Source of the DNA: Chania sp.
GTDB taxonomy: Bacteria; Pseudomonadota; Gammaproteobacteria; Enterobacterales; Enterobacteriaceae
Length of the DNA: 64,000 nucleotides
Direction of reading: 5' to 3'
NCBI GenBank assembly: GCA_049288585.1
Contig: JBAQHZ010000547.1
Coordinates: 611-64,610, forward strand
The translations under genes and the position numbers were made by a program. Below the pieces are notes generated by a model. It saw only the letters and a program-made list of their open reading frames with translations, ran no database searches and had not been told where the DNA came from. Below are positions 22,444 to 35,572 of this stretch, piece by piece (within the stretch, counting starts at the first letter, position 1; every line of letters begins with the position of its first letter).

Positions 22444-24393
22444 TTATGCATCACCGAAACGGCGACGTGGTGCAGCAGGTGCCGCATCGTCACGGCGCGG
22501 TGCTGGCTTACCGCCACGGCGTTCGCCACCGGCAGCGTTACCGCCTTCACGACGCTCACCAAAAGAACGACGCGGAGCAGCAGCGGCCCCTTCACGGCGC
22601 TCGCCATTAAATGGACGAGCAGCACCGCCACCACGACGCTCACCACCGTTACCACCAGCAGGACGCTCACGGCGTTCATGTGGCAGTGCATCACCCAGCA
22701 GTTGCATATTCATCGGCTTGTTCAGGATGCGGGTACGAGTGAAGTGATTCAGGATCTCGCCCGGCATGCCTTTCGGCAGCTCGATAGTGGAGTGGGAAGC
22801 AAACAGCTTGATGTTACCGATGTAACGGCTGCTGATATCGCCTTCGTTAGCGATAGCGCCAACGATATGACGAACTTCTACACCATCATCCCGACCCACT
22901 TCAATGCGGTACAACTGCATCTCACCGACGTCACGACGTTCGCGACGTGGACGTTCAGCACCATCACGGCTCTCTGTACGTGCACCGTCTGGACGTGCGT
23001 CACGACGACGCTCGCCGCCACGCTCGTCACGGTCGTTGAACTCACGGCGTTGACGCGGCTTGAATACCGGATCCGGTGGCAGGATCAGAGGACGTTCACC
23101 CTGGGCCATTTTCAGCAGTGCTGCGGCCAAGGTTTCCATATCCAGATCTTCTGCCGGTTGCAGTTTAGCCAGCAATGCGCGGTACATATCCAGATCGCTG
23201 CTTTCCAGTTGCTGCTGCACTTTAGCGGCAAACTTGGCCAGACGGCGCTCACCCAGCAGGTCTGCGTTTGGCAGCTCAACTTCTGGAATGGTAAGCTTCA
23301 TGATGCGTTCAATGTTACGCAGCAGGCGGCGTTCGCGGTTTTCCACGAACAACAGCGCGCGGCCAGCACGGCCAGCACGGCCAGTACGGCCGATACGGTG
23401 AACGTAAGATTCTGAATCCATTGGGATATCATAGTTCACGACCAGGCTGATACGCTCAACGTCCAGACCACGGGCTGCCACGTCGGTGGCGATCAGGATA
23501 TCCAGGCGGCCATCTTTCAGGCGTTCCAGAGTCTGCTCACGCAGAGCCTGATTCATGTCTCCGTTCAGTGCAGCACTGTTATAACCGCTACGTTCCAGCG
23601 CTTCGGCCACTTCCAGAGTCGCATTTTTAGTACGCACGAAGATGATCGCAGCGTCAAAATCTTCTGATTCCAGGAAACGCACCAGCGCTTCGTTTTTACG
23701 CATGCCCTGCACAGTCCAGTAGCTCTGGCTGATGTCCGGACGGGTAGTCACACTTGACTGAATGCGCACTTCCTGCGGATCTTTCATAAAGCGACGGGTA
23801 ATACGGCGAATCGCTTCTGGCATGGTGGCAGAGAACAGCGCGGTCTGATGTTCAGCCGGGATCTCCGCCATGATGGTTTCTACGTCTTCGATAAAGCCCA
23901 TGCGCAGCATTTCGTCGGCTTCGTCCAGAACCAGGCCTTTCAGGCTGGAGAGGTTCAGGGTGCCGCGCTTCAGGTGATCCAGCAGACGGCCCGGAGTCCC
24001 TACCACGATCTGTGGGCCCTGGCGCAGAGCGCGCAGTTGCACGTCATAACGCTGGCCACCGTACAGTGCCACCACGTTCACGCCATGCATGTGCTTGGAG
24101 AAATCGGTCATTGCTTCAGCAACCTGAACCGCCAGTTCGCGGGTCGGTGCCAGCACCAGGATTTGTGGTGCTTTCAGGGCTGCATCAAGGTTGTGCAGCA
24201 GTGGCAACGAGAACGCTGCCGTTTTACCGCTCCCGGTCTGCGCCATGCCCAGCACGTCGCGACCGTTCAACAGGTGAGGAATACACTCAGCCTGGATCGG
24301 TGATGGTTTTTCGTAGCCCAGATCGGTCAGGGCGGCGATGATTGGAGCAGACAGCCCCAGGTCAGCAAAAGAGGTTTCAAACTCAGTAGTCAT
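22444..24393 (-). CDS. deaD: Cold-shock DEAD-box RNA helicase DeaD (CsdA)
   Basis: From the ATG at 24393: [61 protein letters not shown].... It has DEAD-box motifs and an RG-rich C-tail, and is collinear with E. coli DeaD. Confidence 0.9.
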   Translation of the reverse strand: MTTEFETSFADLGLSAPIIAALTDLGYEKPSPIQAECIPHLLNGRDVLGMAQTGSGKTAAFSLPLLHNLDAALKAPQILVLAPTRELAVQVAEAMTDFSKHMHGVNVVALYGGQRYDVQLRALRQGPQIVVGTPGRLLDHLKRGTLNLSSLKGLVLDEADEMLRMGFIEDVETIMAEIPAEHQTALFSATMPEAIRRITRRFMKDPQEVRIQSSVTTRPDISQSYWTVQGMRKNEALVRFLESEDFDAAIIFVRTKNATLEVAEALERSGYNSAALNGDMNQALREQTLERLKDGRLDILIATDVAARGLDVERISLVVNYDIPMDSESYVHRIGRTGRAGRAGRALLFVENRERRLLRNIERIMKLTIPEVELPNADLLGERRLAKFAAKVQQQLESSDLDMYRALLAKLQPAEDLDMETLAAALLKMAQGERPLILPPDPVFKPRQRREFNDRDERGGERRRDARPDGARTESRDGAERPRRERRDVGEMQLYRIEVGRDDGVEVRHIVGAIANEGDISSRYIGNIKLFASHSTIELPKGMPGEILNHFTRTRILNKPMNMQLLGDALPHERRERPAGGNGGERRGGGAARPFNGERREGAAAAPRRSFGERREGGNAAGGERRGGKPAPRRDDAAPAAPRRRFGDA

Positions 24394-24580
24394 GTACACG
24401 TGCCTCATTAATAATGGCAGCCAGTCTACATAACTCGTCGAGAAAATTTTCAGTCATTTTCATTGAAAAGTGTGAACCGGCTCAAATTAGATTGTAAAAC
24501 AGACAAAAAAGCCCTCGCCCGTTAAGGCGATTACTCTGGTCAAAAAACCAATGTAATTCAGGCTGATAAGTGTCCGTCAG

Positions 24581-25465
24581 CTATTGCTGGTCCGATTCCG
24601 ATAGGTCGTCTTGTTCTTGGCTTAACATCGCCAATTCCAACAATGCATAGCGGTGCTCAACAAAGTTATGAACGTTGTTAGCTACCGTCAGTTTGAACAG
24701 CGCCGAAGCGGTGTCCTTGTCCCCCAGACTTAGGTAATGCTTACCTAAATAGAAGTCAGTTTCACTGAGATGCTCAGCGAGCGAAGTGTTATCCGTTGCA
24801 TCTGCCTTGAGCCGTTCCATCAGCGTTTTTTCGCTGATTGTGCCCAGGTAGAATTCGACAATATTCCATCCCCATTGCCCTCGGTTCGCTTTGTCATAAC
24901 GCTGCTGGAGCGCTACGGTAGCTGTCTTGGGATCGATTTCTCTTTCCACCAGATAAAGCCACAACGAACGGAAGGGATCATTTGGATCGTCTTGATAAAA
25001 CGCCTGCAGATCATCCTGCGCTAACGGGAAGCGACCACCATAATACAGTGCGATGCCCCGGTTTAAACGCGCGTAATTGTAAGTTGGATCAAGCTCTAGT
25101 ACAGAATCAAACGCTTCATAGGCAGCATCAAAATTGCCTGCCTGCGTAAAGTAAATGCCCAGGTAGTTGAAAACTTCCGGCATATCAGGACGTATCGCTA
25201 ACGCTTGCGAGAAATCATTGCGCGCCAGTGCACGTAGCCCGAGGCTATCATACAGCACACCGCGCTCATATAAAAGCTGCGCACGCTCATCGTCCGTCAG
25301 TGCCCGGCTGGCAAGTATTTGTTCCATGCGCGCCAGGATCACTTCCTGCTGCAGTGTTGGCTGCAACGGGATAGCCAGAACTTCGTCTTTACGCCAATCA
25401 TGGTTGCTGCATCCTGCCAGCATGAGTGCTGTCGCAACATAACACCAGCGCAAGAAAGGCTTCAT
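24581..25465 (-). CDS. nlpI: TPR lipoprotein NlpI
   Basis: The internal ATG at 25465 gives [21 protein letters not shown]... (lipobox LAGC). It is 294 aa and near-identical to E. coli NlpI through to ...LSESDQQ. Confidence 0.9.
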   Translation of the reverse strand: MKPFLRWCYVATALMLAGCSNHDWRKDEVLAIPLQPTLQQEVILARMEQILASRALTDDERAQLLYERGVLYDSLGLRALARNDFSQALAIRPDMPEVFNYLGIYFTQAGNFDAAYEAFDSVLELDPTYNYARLNRGIALYYGGRFPLAQDDLQAFYQDDPNDPFRSLWLYLVEREIDPKTATVALQQRYDKANRGQWGWNIVEFYLGTISEKTLMERLKADATDNTSLAEHLSETDFYLGKHYLSLGDKDTASALFKLTVANNVHNFVEHRYALLELAMLSQEQDDLSESDQQ

Positions 25466-25593
25466 TTCCCACTCCCGAAGACAAACATTGGATGAACGTC
25501 CTGTCCTCCGCTTGCTAATACGCGGATATCCTACCCACGTGATAAGAACAGCTCCCAACCCCACGGCGGGGAGCTGTAAAACTTATGATACAG

Positions 25594-27714
25594 TTACTCT
25601 GCTTCAGGAACCGGTGCGGCAGCGGTTTCTGGCGCTGTCGCTTCTTTGATGCTCAGGCGCACACGGCCCTGGCGATCAACTTCCAGTACCTTAACCGGCA
25701 CTTCCTGGCCCATCTGCAGGTAGTCGGTCACTTTCTCAACGCGCTTGTCAGCGATTTGAGAGATATGTACCAGACCTTCTTTACCGCCGCCGATGGCCAC
25801 AAAGGCACCGAAATCAACGATACGGGTCACTTTACCCTGATACACACGGCCAACTTCGATCTCAGCGGTGATCTCTTCGATGCGACGAATAGCAAATTTC
25901 GCTTTTTCGTTGTCGGTAGCAGCAATTTTCACTGTACCATCATCTTCAATTTCAATGGTCGTGCCGGTCTCTTCGGTCAACGCACGAATGACAGAACCGC
26001 CTTTACCAATGACATCTTTGATCTTGTCTGGATTGATACGGATGGTATGGATACGCGGTGCAAACTCAGAGATATCGCCACGCGGTGTGCTGATTGCCTG
26101 TTCCATCACGCCCAGAATGTGCAGACGCGCACCCTTGGCCTGGTTCAGAGCCACCTGCATGATTTCGCGGGTGATACCTTCAATTTTGATATCCATCTGT
26201 AGCGCGGTGATACCTTCACGGCTACCGGCCACTTTGAAGTCCATGTCGCCCAGGTGATCTTCGTCACCCAGAATGTCAGACAGCACCACAAAGTTGTCTT
26301 GCTCTTTCACCAGGCCCATCGCGATACCCGCAACAGCAGCCTTGATTGGCACACCGGCATCCATCAGCGCCAGAGAAGCACCACAAACCGAAGCCATGGA
26401 AGAAGAACCATTGGATTCAGTGATTTCAGACACCACACGCACGGTGTACGGGAAATCTTCTGGTTTAGGCATCATCGCCAAGACACCGCGTTTCGCCAGG
26501 CGGCCGTGACCGATTTCGCGACGCTTAGGTGAACCCACCATACCGGTTTCACCAACGGAGTACGGAGGGAAGTTGTAGTGGAACAGGAAGTTGTCGGTCT
26601 TCTCGCCCATCAGTTCATCGATATTCTGTGCGTCACGCGCAGTACCCAGAGTGGCGGTAACCAGCGCCTGAGTTTCACCACGGGTGAACAGGGCTGAACC
26701 GTGAGTACGCGGCAGCACGCCGGTGCGCACATCCAGACCACGGATCATGTCTTTTTCACGGCCATCGATACGCGGCTCGCCACGCAGCACACGGCTACGT
26801 ACGACGTTTTTCTCAACGTTACCCAGGATGTCTTGAATCTCTGAGGCATCCAGCGTTTCGTCTTGTGCCAGCAGAGTTTCCACTACGCTGTCTTTGATCG
26901 CGTCAACCTGAGCATAACGCTCTTGTTTCTCGGTGATGTGGTAAGCATCACCCAGACGGCTTTCTGCCAGTTCAGCCACGCGCGCATGCAGCGCTTCGTT
27001 GACCGCAGGTGCCTGCCAATCCCACTTCGGTTTGCCAGCTTCAGCAACCAGAGCGTTGATGTTTTCGATAACCACTTGCTGCTGGTCATGACCGAACACC
27101 ACTGCACCCAGCATCTGATCTTCGCTCAACACGTCAGCTTCGGATTCCACCATCAGCACGGCACCGGCAGTACCGGCAACGACCAGATCCAGACGGCTTG
27201 CTTTCAGCTCGTCAGTGGTTGGGTTCAGCACATACTGATCGTTGATATAACCCACGCGCGCTGAGCCGATTGGGCCATTGAACGGAATACCGGACAGGCT
27301 CAGGGCAGCGGAAGCGCCGATCATCGCAACGATGTCTGGGTTAACCTGTGGATTGACGGACACCACGGTGGCGATAACTTGCACTTCGTTCAGGAAGCTG
27401 TCTGGGAACAGTGGGCGGATCGGGCGGTCAATCAGACGGGAGGTCAGGGTTTCGCCTTCGCTCGGACGGCCTTCACGGCGGAAGAAGCTGCCTGGGATAC
27501 GGCCAGCAGCGTAAGTACGCTCCTGATAGTTAACGGTCAGCGGGAAGAAGCTCTGGCCGGGTTTGGCTTTTTTCTGGCCTACAACAGTCACGAATACGGC
27601 TGTGTCATCCATGCTCACCATAACGGCGGCAGTGGCCTGACGTGCCATCATACCAGTCTCAATAGTGACGGTATGTTGGCCATACTGGAATTTGCGAATG
27701 ATCGGTGTCAGCAA
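25594..27714 (-). CDS. pnp: Polynucleotide phosphorylase
   Basis: 706-aa [52 protein letters not shown].... The start codon is TTG (27712-27714 is caa on the plus strand), as in E. coli pnp. Confidence 0.95.
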   Translation of the reverse strand: MLTPIIRKFQYGQHTVTIETGMMARQATAAVMVSMDDTAVFVTVVGQKKAKPGQSFFPLTVNYQERTYAAGRIPGSFFRREGRPSEGETLTSRLIDRPIRPLFPDSFLNEVQVIATVVSVNPQVNPDIVAMIGASAALSLSGIPFNGPIGSARVGYINDQYVLNPTTDELKASRLDLVVAGTAGAVLMVESEADVLSEDQMLGAVVFGHDQQQVVIENINALVAEAGKPKWDWQAPAVNEALHARVAELAESRLGDAYHITEKQERYAQVDAIKDSVVETLLAQDETLDASEIQDILGNVEKNVVRSRVLRGEPRIDGREKDMIRGLDVRTGVLPRTHGSALFTRGETQALVTATLGTARDAQNIDELMGEKTDNFLFHYNFPPYSVGETGMVGSPKRREIGHGRLAKRGVLAMMPKPEDFPYTVRVVSEITESNGSSSMASVCGASLALMDAGVPIKAAVAGIAMGLVKEQDNFVVLSDILGDEDHLGDMDFKVAGSREGITALQMDIKIEGITREIMQVALNQAKGARLHILGVMEQAISTPRGDISEFAPRIHTIRINPDKIKDVIGKGGSVIRALTEETGTTIEIEDDGTVKIAATDNEKAKFAIRRIEEITAEIEVGRVYQGKVTRIVDFGAFVAIGGGKEGLVHISQIADKRVEKVTDYLQMGQEVPVKVLEVDRQGRVRLSIKEATAPETAAAPVPEAE

Positions 27715-27796
27715 AATTTAATCCTTAATTGACGGCGCGCAATCGTAATGACGACTCGACACGCCAGTGACTCAACTTGCCTTCACATTACATCCT

Positions 27797-27851
27797 CGCG
27801 ACTAATGACAACCCTTATCTCAGCCTGAGATAAAGCCTCTCATTAGCCGCG
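27797..27851 (-). promoter_or_regulatory. Long stem-loop in the pnp leader (candidate RNase III autoregulatory processing hairpin)
   Basis: cgcgactaatga...ttatctcag-cc-tgagataa...tctcattagccgcg forms an extended imperfect hairpin in the rpsO-pnp intergenic leader. This is the position where E. coli pnp mRNA is cut by RNase III. Confidence 0.5.
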
Positions 27852-27913
27852 CGAACCTCTGTAACGGAAGGTCCTATTAATACATTAACCTGATTTACCT
27901 ATGCTTCCTAGAA

Positions 27914-27939
27914 GAAAGGGGCCAAAATAGGCCCCTTTC
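27914..27939 (-). terminator. rpsO terminator hairpin
   Basis: gaaaggggcc-aaaata-ggcccctttc forms a perfect 10-bp stem about 18 nt after the rpsO stop. On the minus strand it is followed by TTCT. Confidence 0.7.
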
Positions 27940-27956
27940 CACTGAAACTTGCTCGA

Positions 27957-28226
27957 TTAGCGACGCAGACCCAGACGCTCGATCAGGCTGGTATAACGTG
28001 CTACATCTTTACGCTTCAGGTAGTCCAGCAGCTTACGACGCTGAGAAACCATACGCAGCAGACCACGACGGCTGTGGTGATCTTTTTTGTGCTCTGAGAA
28101 GTGGCCTTGCAGATGGTTGATTTGCGCAGTCAGCAGGGCAACCTGAACTTCGCTAGAACCGCTGTCGTTAGTACCACGACCAAAATCAGCTACGATTTTA
28201 GCTTTAGCTTCAACACTTAGAGACAT
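27957..28226 (-). CDS. rpsO: 30S ribosomal protein S15
   Basis: From the ATG at 28226: [89 protein letters not shown] (89 aa). Confidence 0.95.
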   Translation of the reverse strand: MSLSVEAKAKIVADFGRGTNDSGSSEVQVALLTAQINHLQGHFSEHKKDHHSRRGLLRMVSQRRKLLDYLKRKDVARYTSLIERLGLRR

Positions 28227-28360
28227 TGTCATACTCCAGATTATAGATAATAAATACGGGCGCCGATCTCTAATTCAGCAACCCAATGCATAAGCTGCGC
28301 CATTCTACTCTTATCCCCGCCATCCTTCAAGCGATCGGGGAGGTACGCAGGGCAAGGCGA

Positions 28361-29305
28361 TCAGACGAAATACTCAACCACCAGGCGCCGCGGCGCGACT
28401 CGCCCATCGTCAGCAATTTCGCCAATACCGATAAATTTACGCTCTGCACCTTCAGTGATGCGTACCAATCCTGAGACTGGCGCGCCCGCAACCTGTACCG
28501 GCTGCCCCTGTTTGACGTAACCGGCCACCGCTGGTAGCAGATTCACTTCAGGGAAGTCTTCTGCCGGGCTATCCATCGGCATCAATAGCGGATCGAGCAG
28601 TTCGCTTGAAGCGATCCCCTGCTCTTCGGCCTGTGTCGCCAAGGCATGTAGCTGTTCCAATGTGACCATGCGGGCGATCGGATACTTCGCCACCTGCAAA
28701 CGACGCAGATAAATCACATGCGCACCACAACCCAGCAACTCACCGAGATCGTCGGTGATGGTGCGAATGTAGGTACCTTTCGAACAGTGGATTTCCAGCT
28801 CCAGCTCATCCCCTTCCCAGCGGATAAATTGCAGTTCGTAGACGGTGATGCTGCGCGCTTCACGTGGCACTTCGATACCCTGGCGCGCATATTCATACAG
28901 CTTTCTGCCCTGATATTTCAGCGCCGAATACATTGATGGCACCTGCTGGATATTGCCTCGGAAGGTATCCAGTGCAGCATCTAGCTGGGCTTGCGTGAAG
29001 TTAACCGGCCGCTCCTGCACCACCTGGCCATCCGCATCCGACGTATCGGTACGCTGGCCCAAGCGGGCAATAACGCGGTAACGCTTGTCAGAATCGAGCA
29101 GATATTGTGAGAACTTGGTCGCCTCACCCAGGCAAATCGGCAGCATGCCGGTTGCCAGCGGATCGAGCGCGCCGGTATGGCCCGCACGATTGGCGTTGTA
29201 GAGACGTTTCACTTTTTGCAGGGCGTCGTTGGACGACAGGCCCTGCGGTTTATCCAGCAACAGTACGCCGTGGATATCACGGCCACGGCGGCGCGGGCGA
29301 CTCAT
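28361..29305 (-). CDS. truB: tRNA pseudouridine-55 synthase TruB
   Basis: 314-aa [72 protein letters not shown].... Its ATG overlaps the rbfA stop by 1 nt. Confidence 0.95.
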   Translation of the reverse strand: MSRPRRRGRDIHGVLLLDKPQGLSSNDALQKVKRLYNANRAGHTGALDPLATGMLPICLGEATKFSQYLLDSDKRYRVIARLGQRTDTSDADGQVVQERPVNFTQAQLDAALDTFRGNIQQVPSMYSALKYQGRKLYEYARQGIEVPREARSITVYELQFIRWEGDELELEIHCSKGTYIRTITDDLGELLGCGAHVIYLRRLQVAKYPIARMVTLEQLHALATQAEEQGIASSELLDPLLMPMDSPAEDFPEVNLLPAVAGYVKQGQPVQVAGAPVSGLVRITEGAERKFIGIGEIADDGRVAPRRLVVEYFV

Positions 29306-29715
29306 TAAGCCTCCTCGTCATCGCCTGATGCAGAACGGCGTTCAGCATCACTTTTCACCACGTTGGTCACCAGGTTAGACATACGCATACCTTCAACCAG
29401 TGAGTTGTCGTAAGCGAAAGTCAGTTCAGGCACCACACGCAGGCGCATGGCTTTGCCCAGCAACGTGCGGATATAACCGGAGGCGTCTTCTAACGCTTTG
29501 ATGCCGTTGGTCACCAGATTCGGATCGTGATTTTCGGTCAATACGTTCAGGAAGGTGACATACACTTTGGCGTACGCCAGATCGCGAGAAACTTCTACCC
29601 CTGAAACGGTTGCCATACCGATACGCGGATCTTTGACTTCACGCTGCAAAATGGTCGCGATCTCTTTTTGCATCTCTTGTGCCACGCGTTGACCGCGGCT
29701 GAATTCTTTTGCCAT
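29305..29715 (-). CDS. rbfA: Ribosome-binding factor A
   Basis: 136-aa [58 protein letters not shown].... Confidence 0.95.
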   Translation of the reverse strand: MAKEFSRGQRVAQEMQKEIATILQREVKDPRIGMATVSGVEVSRDLAYAKVYVTFLNVLTENHDPNLVTNGIKALEDASGYIRTLLGKAMRLRVVPELTFAYDNSLVEGMRMSNLVTNVVKSDAERRSASGDDEEA

Positions 29716-29784
29716 TTGAGTATCCTCCAGACAAATCGGGGGGCCATGAGGCCCCCCAGAATAGATTTAAGCATCATATGAAGC

Positions 29785-32472
29785 TTAAGCGATGGTGCGC
29801 TGGATCTCGATAATTTCAAACACTTCGATCATGTCGCCAACGCGCACGTCGTTGTAGTTCTTAACGCCGATACCACATTCCATGCCGTTACGGACTTCGT
29901 TGACGTCATCTTTAAAGCGGCGCAGGGATTCCAGCTCGCCTTCATAGATAACCACGTTGTCACGCAGAACGCGGATTGGGTTGTGACGTTTAATCGTGCC
30001 TTCGGTAACCATGCAGCCTGCAACAGCGCCGAACTTAGGTGATTTGAACACGTCGCGCACTTCAGCCAGACCGATAATCTGCTGTTTGTACTCAGGCGCC
30101 AGCATACCGCTCATCGCCTGCTTCACTTCGTCGATCAGGTTATAGATCACGGAGTAGTAACGCAGATCCAGGCTTTCTGCTTCGATCACGCGACGCGCTG
30201 AGGCGTCGGCACGAACGTTGAAGCCCAGGATGATGGCATTGGAAGCAGCGGCCAGAGTTGCGTCGGTTTCGGTGATCCCACCTACGCCGGAGCCAACAAT
30301 CTTCACCTTCACTTCGTCGGTAGAGAGTTTCTGCAGCGAATCAGAAATCGCTTCACAAGTACCCTGTACGTCAGTTTTCAGCACGATATTCAGTTCAGAA
30401 ACTTCACCTTCGGTCATGTTGGCAAACATGTTTTCCAGTTTAGATTTCTGCTGACGCGCCAGTTTGACTTCACGGAACTTGCCTTGACGGTACAGCGCCA
30501 CTTCACGCGCTTTCTTCTCGTCACGGACTACGGTCGCTTCATCACCTGCGGCAGGAACGCTGGACAGACCCAGGATCTCAACCGGGATAGAAGGACCCGC
30601 AGAAGTCACTTCGCGGCCCAATTCGTCACGCATCGCACGCACACGGCCATATTCGAAGCCACACAGCACGATATCGCCTTTGTTCAGCGTACCTTCCTGA
30701 ACCAGCACGGTCGCCACTGGGCCACGGCCTTTATCCAGGAAGGACTCGATCACCACGCCGCTCGCCATACCGCTGCGAACCGATTTCAGTTCGAGAACTT
30801 CAGCTTGCAGCAGAATAGCGTTAAGCAGTTCGTCGATACCGGTACCGGCTTTTGCCGATACGTGAACGAACTGTGCTTCACCGCCCCACTCTTCTGGCAT
30901 AACGCCGTACTGAGACAGCTCTTGCTTAACGCGATCCGGATCGGCTTCTGGTTTGTCGATTTTGTTAACCGCAACCACCAATGGCACTTTCGCTGCCTGA
31001 GCATGCTGAATAGCTTCGATGGTTTGTGGCATCACGCCATCGTCTGCTGCAACCACCAGAACCACGATATCGGTCGCCTTGGCACCACGGGCACGCATAG
31101 AAGTAAAGGCTGCGTGGCCTGGGGTATCCAGGAAGGTGATCATACCGTTTTCGGTTTCTACGTGGTAAGCACCGATGTGCTGGGTAATACCGCCAGCTTC
31201 GCCCACTGCCACCTTGGTGGAGCGGATGTAGTCAAGCAGGGAGGTTTTACCGTGGTCAACGTGGCCCATGATGGTTACAACCGGAGCACGAGACTCGGCT
31301 GCTGCACCCGTGTCACGGTCGCTCATCAGCGCTTCTTCCAGCTCGTTCTCACGACGCAGGATAACTTTGTGGCCCATCTCTTCGGCAACCAGCTGTGCGG
31401 TTTCCTGGTCGAGGACCTGGTTGATGGTCGCCATTGCGCCCAGCTTCATCATCGCTTTGATGACCTGAGAGCCTTTTACCGCCATCTTGTTAGCCAGTTC
31501 GGCAACAGTAAGGGTTTCGCCGATGATAACGTCACGGTTCACCACCTGAGCTGGCTTGTTAAAGCCCTGCTGCAGGCTGCTTGGCTTACGCTTGCCTTTA
31601 CCACCGCGGGTTACGGCGCGAGCTTCTTCGCGGTCTGCTTTAGACTCGGAGAGCTTGTTGCCTTTTTTCTGCTTTGTCGCTTTGCCACCGCGAGTACGGC
31701 TGCGGCGCTCGCCTTCAACTTTGGCGTCGTTTTCGTCTTCGGCTGCACGAGCGTGCTGAGAGGTGGTCACGTGGTAATCGGCTGTTTCAACCGCAGCGCT
31801 TGCTGCTTCAGCTTCGGCCCACTTCTCACCGTTCTCTTCGGCCATACGGCGCGCTTCTTCCGCTACGCGTTTGGCGTCTTCCTCAACCTTACGGCGCACT
31901 TCTTCTTCCGCTTTACGTTTCAGTTCAGCGGCTTCGGCTTCACGGCGTGCTTTTTCTGCCTGAGCTGGCTTGGTCATTTCGTCGGTACGTTGATTGGTCA
32001 CTTTTTCTTTTTCCGCTGAATTACGCTTAGCAATCTCCGCGGCCTCACGTTTGGCTTGCTCTTCGGCTGTGCGCTTCGCTTCAGCTTCACGTTTCGCTAA
32101 CTCTTCTGCTTCGCGCACTGCCTGCTCTTCCGCTTCACGCTGTGCCTGCTCTGCCGCTTCAGCCTGTTGAGCTTCTTGCGTATCGCGATTTACATAAGTG
32201 CGTTTCTTGCGGACCTCAATTTGCACCGATTTACTTTTACCGCCGGTGCTCGGAATATTCAAGGTGCTGCGCGTTTTGCGCTGCAACGTGAGTTTACCTG
32301 GTGCACTACCGTGTTCACGGTTCAAGTGCGCCAGCAAGGTTTCTTTCTCATGCTGGGTTACAGAGTCAGTCTCTGACTTGTTGATCCCAGCATCAGCAAA
32401 CTGCTGTACCAGGCGATCAACTGGAGTCTGAATCTCTGCTGCCAGCGATTTTACGGTTACATCTGTCGTCAT
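29785..32472 (-). CDS. infB: Translation initiation factor IF-2
   Basis: 895-aa ORF with a charged KAE-rich N-domain, GTPase motifs ([21 protein letters not shown]) and C-terminus ...[14 protein letters not shown]. Confidence 0.95.
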   Translation of the reverse strand: MTTDVTVKSLAAEIQTPVDRLVQQFADAGINKSETDSVTQHEKETLLAHLNREHGSAPGKLTLQRKTRSTLNIPSTGGKSKSVQIEVRKKRTYVNRDTQEAQQAEAAEQAQREAEEQAVREAEELAKREAEAKRTAEEQAKREAAEIAKRNSAEKEKVTNQRTDEMTKPAQAEKARREAEAAELKRKAEEEVRRKVEEDAKRVAEEARRMAEENGEKWAEAEAASAAVETADYHVTTSQHARAAEDENDAKVEGERRSRTRGGKATKQKKGNKLSESKADREEARAVTRGGKGKRKPSSLQQGFNKPAQVVNRDVIIGETLTVAELANKMAVKGSQVIKAMMKLGAMATINQVLDQETAQLVAEEMGHKVILRRENELEEALMSDRDTGAAAESRAPVVTIMGHVDHGKTSLLDYIRSTKVAVGEAGGITQHIGAYHVETENGMITFLDTPGHAAFTSMRARGAKATDIVVLVVAADDGVMPQTIEAIQHAQAAKVPLVVAVNKIDKPEADPDRVKQELSQYGVMPEEWGGEAQFVHVSAKAGTGIDELLNAILLQAEVLELKSVRSGMASGVVIESFLDKGRGPVATVLVQEGTLNKGDIVLCGFEYGRVRAMRDELGREVTSAGPSIPVEILGLSSVPAAGDEATVVRDEKKAREVALYRQGKFREVKLARQQKSKLENMFANMTEGEVSELNIVLKTDVQGTCEAISDSLQKLSTDEVKVKIVGSGVGGITETDATLAAASNAIILGFNVRADASARRVIEAESLDLRYYSVIYNLIDEVKQAMSGMLAPEYKQQIIGLAEVRDVFKSPKFGAVAGCMVTEGTIKRHNPIRVLRDNVVIYEGELESLRRFKDDVNEVRNGMECGIGVKNYNDVRVGDMIEVFEIIEIQRTIA

Positions 32473-32496
32473 GCTGTTCCTTCCTGCTACAGTTTA

Positions 32497-34005
32497 TTAC
32501 GCGTTGTCGCCAAACCAACAGATATTACGGGCGGCCATAATCAGCTCGCCGGCCTGCTCATCGCTAAGCCCTTCAATATCAGCCAGATCGTCAACACCCT
32601 GCTCGGCAAGATCTTCCAGCGTACAAACCCCACGCGCGGCCAGTTTAAAGGCCATGCTGCGCTCAAGCCCTGAAAGGTTGAGTAAATCATCAGCAGGTTT
32701 TTGGTCGCCCAGGCTTTCTTCCTGAGCCAGAGCCAGCGTGGTCAATGCAGCTTTGGCGCGATCGCGCAACGCTTCAACGGTATCTTCATCTAGGCCGTCG
32801 ATTTCCAGCAGCTCTTTGATCGGTACGTAGGCCAGCTCTTCTAACGTTGAGAAGCCCTCTTCGACCAAAACGGTGGCGAAATCTTCGTCGATAGCAAGAT
32901 ACTTGGTGAAGGTATCAATGGCGGCATGAGCCTCGGCCTGATGCTTGGCCTGCAGATCGTCCGCCGTCATCACGTTCAGTTCCCAGCGATCATCATCACG
33001 ATGCTGTTTCAACAACTGGGAGGCTAAACGCACGTTTTGGCCATTACGGCCGATCGCCTGTGCCAGATTGCTGGCTTCAACGGCGATATCCATCGTGCAC
33101 CGGTCTTCATCCACCACGATCGAGGCAACATCTGCCGGAGCCATGGCGTTAATGACGAACTGTGCAGGGTTATCATCCCAGAGGATGATATCAATACGTT
33201 CCCCGCCAAGCTCGCTCGAAACGGCCTGGACGCGGGCACCGCGCATACCGACACAAGCACCGACCGGGTCGATACGCTTGTCGTTGGTTTTCACAGCAAT
33301 TTTTGCACGGGAGCCAGGATCGCGGGCTGCCGCTTTAATCTCGATCACTTCTTCACCGATTTCCGGCACTTCGATGCGGAACAGCTCTTTCAGCATATCC
33401 GGGCTGGAACGGCTGACGAACAGTTGCGCACCACGCGCTTCTGGACGCACGGCGTACAGCACACCGCGGATGCGGTCACCTGGGCGGAAGTTTTCGCGCG
33501 GCAGCATGTCTTCACGGCCAATTACGGCCTCGGCGTTGCTGCCCAGATCCAGCGCAATGCTGTCACGGTTAACTTTTTTCACCACGCCGGTGACGATCTC
33601 ACCTTCGTGTTGGCGGAAGGCGTCAACCACCATCGCACGTTCAGCTTCACGTACTTTCTGTACGATAACCTGCTTCGCGGTCTGGGTAGTGATACGGTCA
33701 AAGGTGACGGATTCGATCTGATCTTCGATATAACCACCCAACTCCATGGATGGATCTTCATACTGCGCAGCTTCCAGCGTGATTTCACGCGTTGGCTGAG
33801 TCACTTCATCAACAGCGACCCAACGGCGGAAGGTATCGAAATCGCCGGTTTTACGGTCAATGCTGACACGCACGTCGATTTCCTGCTCATACTTTTTCTT
33901 GGTTGCGGTGGCTAATGCGGTTTCCAGCGCTTCAAAAATCTTCTCACGCGGAAGGGATTTTTCATTGGAAACAGCTTCAACAACAGCCAGAATCTCTTTG
34001 TTCAT
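32497..34005 (-). CDS. nusA: Transcription termination/antitermination factor NusA
   Basis: From the ATG at 34005: [47 protein letters not shown].... It is collinear with E. coli NusA. Confidence 0.95.
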   Translation of the reverse strand: MNKEILAVVEAVSNEKSLPREKIFEALETALATATKKKYEQEIDVRVSIDRKTGDFDTFRRWVAVDEVTQPTREITLEAAQYEDPSMELGGYIEDQIESVTFDRITTQTAKQVIVQKVREAERAMVVDAFRQHEGEIVTGVVKKVNRDSIALDLGSNAEAVIGREDMLPRENFRPGDRIRGVLYAVRPEARGAQLFVSRSSPDMLKELFRIEVPEIGEEVIEIKAAARDPGSRAKIAVKTNDKRIDPVGACVGMRGARVQAVSSELGGERIDIILWDDNPAQFVINAMAPADVASIVVDEDRCTMDIAVEASNLAQAIGRNGQNVRLASQLLKQHRDDDRWELNVMTADDLQAKHQAEAHAAIDTFTKYLAIDEDFATVLVEEGFSTLEELAYVPIKELLEIDGLDEDTVEALRDRAKAALTTLALAQEESLGDQKPADDLLNLSGLERSMAFKLAARGVCTLEDLAEQGVDDLADIEGLSDEQAGELIMAARNICWFGDNA

Positions 34006-34026
34006 CCTAGTTGCCTCATCCAAACT

Positions 34027-34479
34027 TTAAAAGTGGGGTACCAGGTTCGCTTTCTGAATGTTGCTCAGCGCGAACACTTCATCTTTCCCTTCCACAGTAA
34101 CCGTGATCATCTCGCCTTCGACGGATTTGATGATGCCCTGCCATTTGCGGCGGTTTTGTATCGCCATACGCAGAACAACGCTGACTTCTTCACCGATAAA
34201 ACGCTGATAGTGTTCTGCGGTGAACATAGGACGTTCAAGGCCAGGAGAGGAGACTTCCAAGTTGTAAGCGACCGTGATCGGATCTTCGACGTCCAATACA
34301 GCGCTGACCTGGTGGCTGACATCAGCGCAATCATCAACATTGATCCCGTTCTCACTGTCAATATAGATGCGTAGCGTCGATTGGCGCGCCCGAATAAATT
34401 CGATACCTACGAGCTCAAAGCCCAACGCCTCTACCGGTGCGGAAATCATCTCTGTTAACTTTTGCTCTAATGTGGACAA
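34027..34479 (-). CDS. rimP: Ribosome maturation factor RimP
   Basis: (L/M)[67 protein letters not shown].... The start is taken at the TTG at 34479 by analogy with the 150-aa E. coli protein. The ORF-track start at 34491 is also TTG, so the exact start is uncertain. Confidence 0.85.
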   Translation of the reverse strand: MSTLEQKLTEMISAPVEALGFELVGIEFIRARQSTLRIYIDSENGINVDDCADVSHQVSAVLDVEDPITVAYNLEVSSPGLERPMFTAEHYQRFIGEEVSVVLRMAIQNRRKWQGIIKSVEGEMITVTVEGKDEVFALSNIQKANLVPHF

Positions 34480-34537
34480 GCCCACCCCCAAGACATAAAA
34501 AAAGGGCTTAATAGCCCAGTGATTCTGTTGCCAAATA

Positions 34538-34564
34538 ACAAAAAACCCCGAAAATTCGGGGCTT
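34538..34564 (-). terminator. Hairpin plus U-run between metY and rimP (internal attenuator of the metY-nusA-infB operon)
   Basis: The minus strand reads AGCCCCGAA-TTT-TCGGGGTT followed by TTTTTG. Confidence 0.55.
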
Positions 34565-34696
34565 TATGCAACTGGACCCTGTTTGCCGAAAAGCGGCTTC
34601 GGTGCAACTTTCTAACAAGTGTCATTTTCAAATGTTGTTCGAGAAAAGCGGATTTCAATCGAAAAGTGTATTTGAAAATAAACACTTAAAGGAAAG

Positions 34697-34773
<77 letters not shown>

Positions 34774-34833
34774 TCCGAAAACGTGGCAAATACTACGCCG
34801 ATAATCGCAAAAAAGCAAGTTATCTCTGGGATT

Positions 34834-34920
34834 TGGTACCGAGGATGGGACTCGAACCCACAAGCCCGTTAGGGCACTACCACCTCAAGGTAGCGTGTCT
34901 ACCAATTCCACCACCTCGGT
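34834..34920 (-). tRNA. leuU: tRNA-Leu (GAG)
   Basis: The reverse complement reads ACCGAGGTGGTGGAATTGGTAGACACGCTACCTTGAGGTGGTAGTGCCCTAACGGGCTTGTGGGTTCGAGTCCCATCCTCGGTACCA (87 nt). It has a long variable arm and anticodon GAG, and lies immediately downstream of secG as in E. coli. Confidence 0.9.
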
Positions 34921-34989
34921 ACAGATTCTTACTGCTAACGGCTGTTTTTACTTTTAGGCACCAACAACCGTTTTCAAACTTTTTAGTGC

Positions 34990-35325
34990 TTAGCGCGGGA
35001 TATCGCTGCTCGGCTTAGCAGGCTCTGCCGGTGCGGTAGTCTGCTCAGTTTTCACTGGCTGACCCAGGTTTTCCCACTCGCTGCCTTTCTGGTTCTTATT
35101 GCTGCTCAGGTTACCCAAGATGAGACTGATGACGAAAAACAACGTCGCCAGAACAGCCGTCATGCGGGTCATAAAGTTGCCTGAACCAGTCGATCCGAAC
35201 AATGAGCCAGAAGCACCTGCTCCGAATGAGGCTCCCATATCAGCGCCTTTGCCTTGCTGCAACATAATCAGAGCCACTAGCCCGATTGAAATCAGCAAGA
35301 AAATTACCAGAAGAGCTTCGTACAT
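34990..35325 (-). CDS. secG: Preprotein translocase subunit SecG
   Basis: 111-aa ORF, MYEALLVIFLLISIGLVALIMLQQGKGADMGASFGAGASGSLFGSTGSGNFMTRMTAVLATLFFVISLILGNL.... Confidence 0.9.
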   Translation of the reverse strand: MYEALLVIFLLISIGLVALIMLQQGKGADMGASFGAGASGSLFGSTGSGNFMTRMTAVLATLFFVISLILGNLSSNKNQKGSEWENLGQPVKTEQTTAPAEPAKPSSDIPR

Positions 35326-35572
35326 AGTTGTACCTGTATCCTTGCGGGTTCACCGCGTGCCAAATGCTTCTCACCCCAGATGCTTCTATAACGAAGTCGC
35401 GGCGTGTCATTAAACAGCCCACTGAAGCGGGTGTGAATACTAACCAAAGCCGTCAGGCCACGCAAGGGCAATTTGCTGCCACCGATGCGTTTGCAGAAAA
35501 AAACATCAAAAAACGACGTAATCTGTGATCTACGTAGGCTCCCTGAAACGGAGCCTGCGTGAAAACAACGTG

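Noticed and set aside
22444-22700. GERRxG-type repeats in the DeaD C-terminal tail
   Set aside because: An RG-rich tail is a normal feature of enterobacterial DeaD/CsdA. It varies in length but is not a separate element.
22414-23415. 333-aa plus-strand ORF rich in T/A/L repeats
   Set aside because: It is entirely antisense to the well-supported deaD gene. Its low-complexity composition mirrors the codon periodicity of the RG-rich DeaD tail. It has no RBS and no recognisable family.
30484-32019. 511-aa plus-strand ORF
   Set aside because: It is antisense to infB. It is a typical long shadow ORF in a gene biased at the third codon position. Its sequence is low-complexity (F/H/R-rich) with no motifs.
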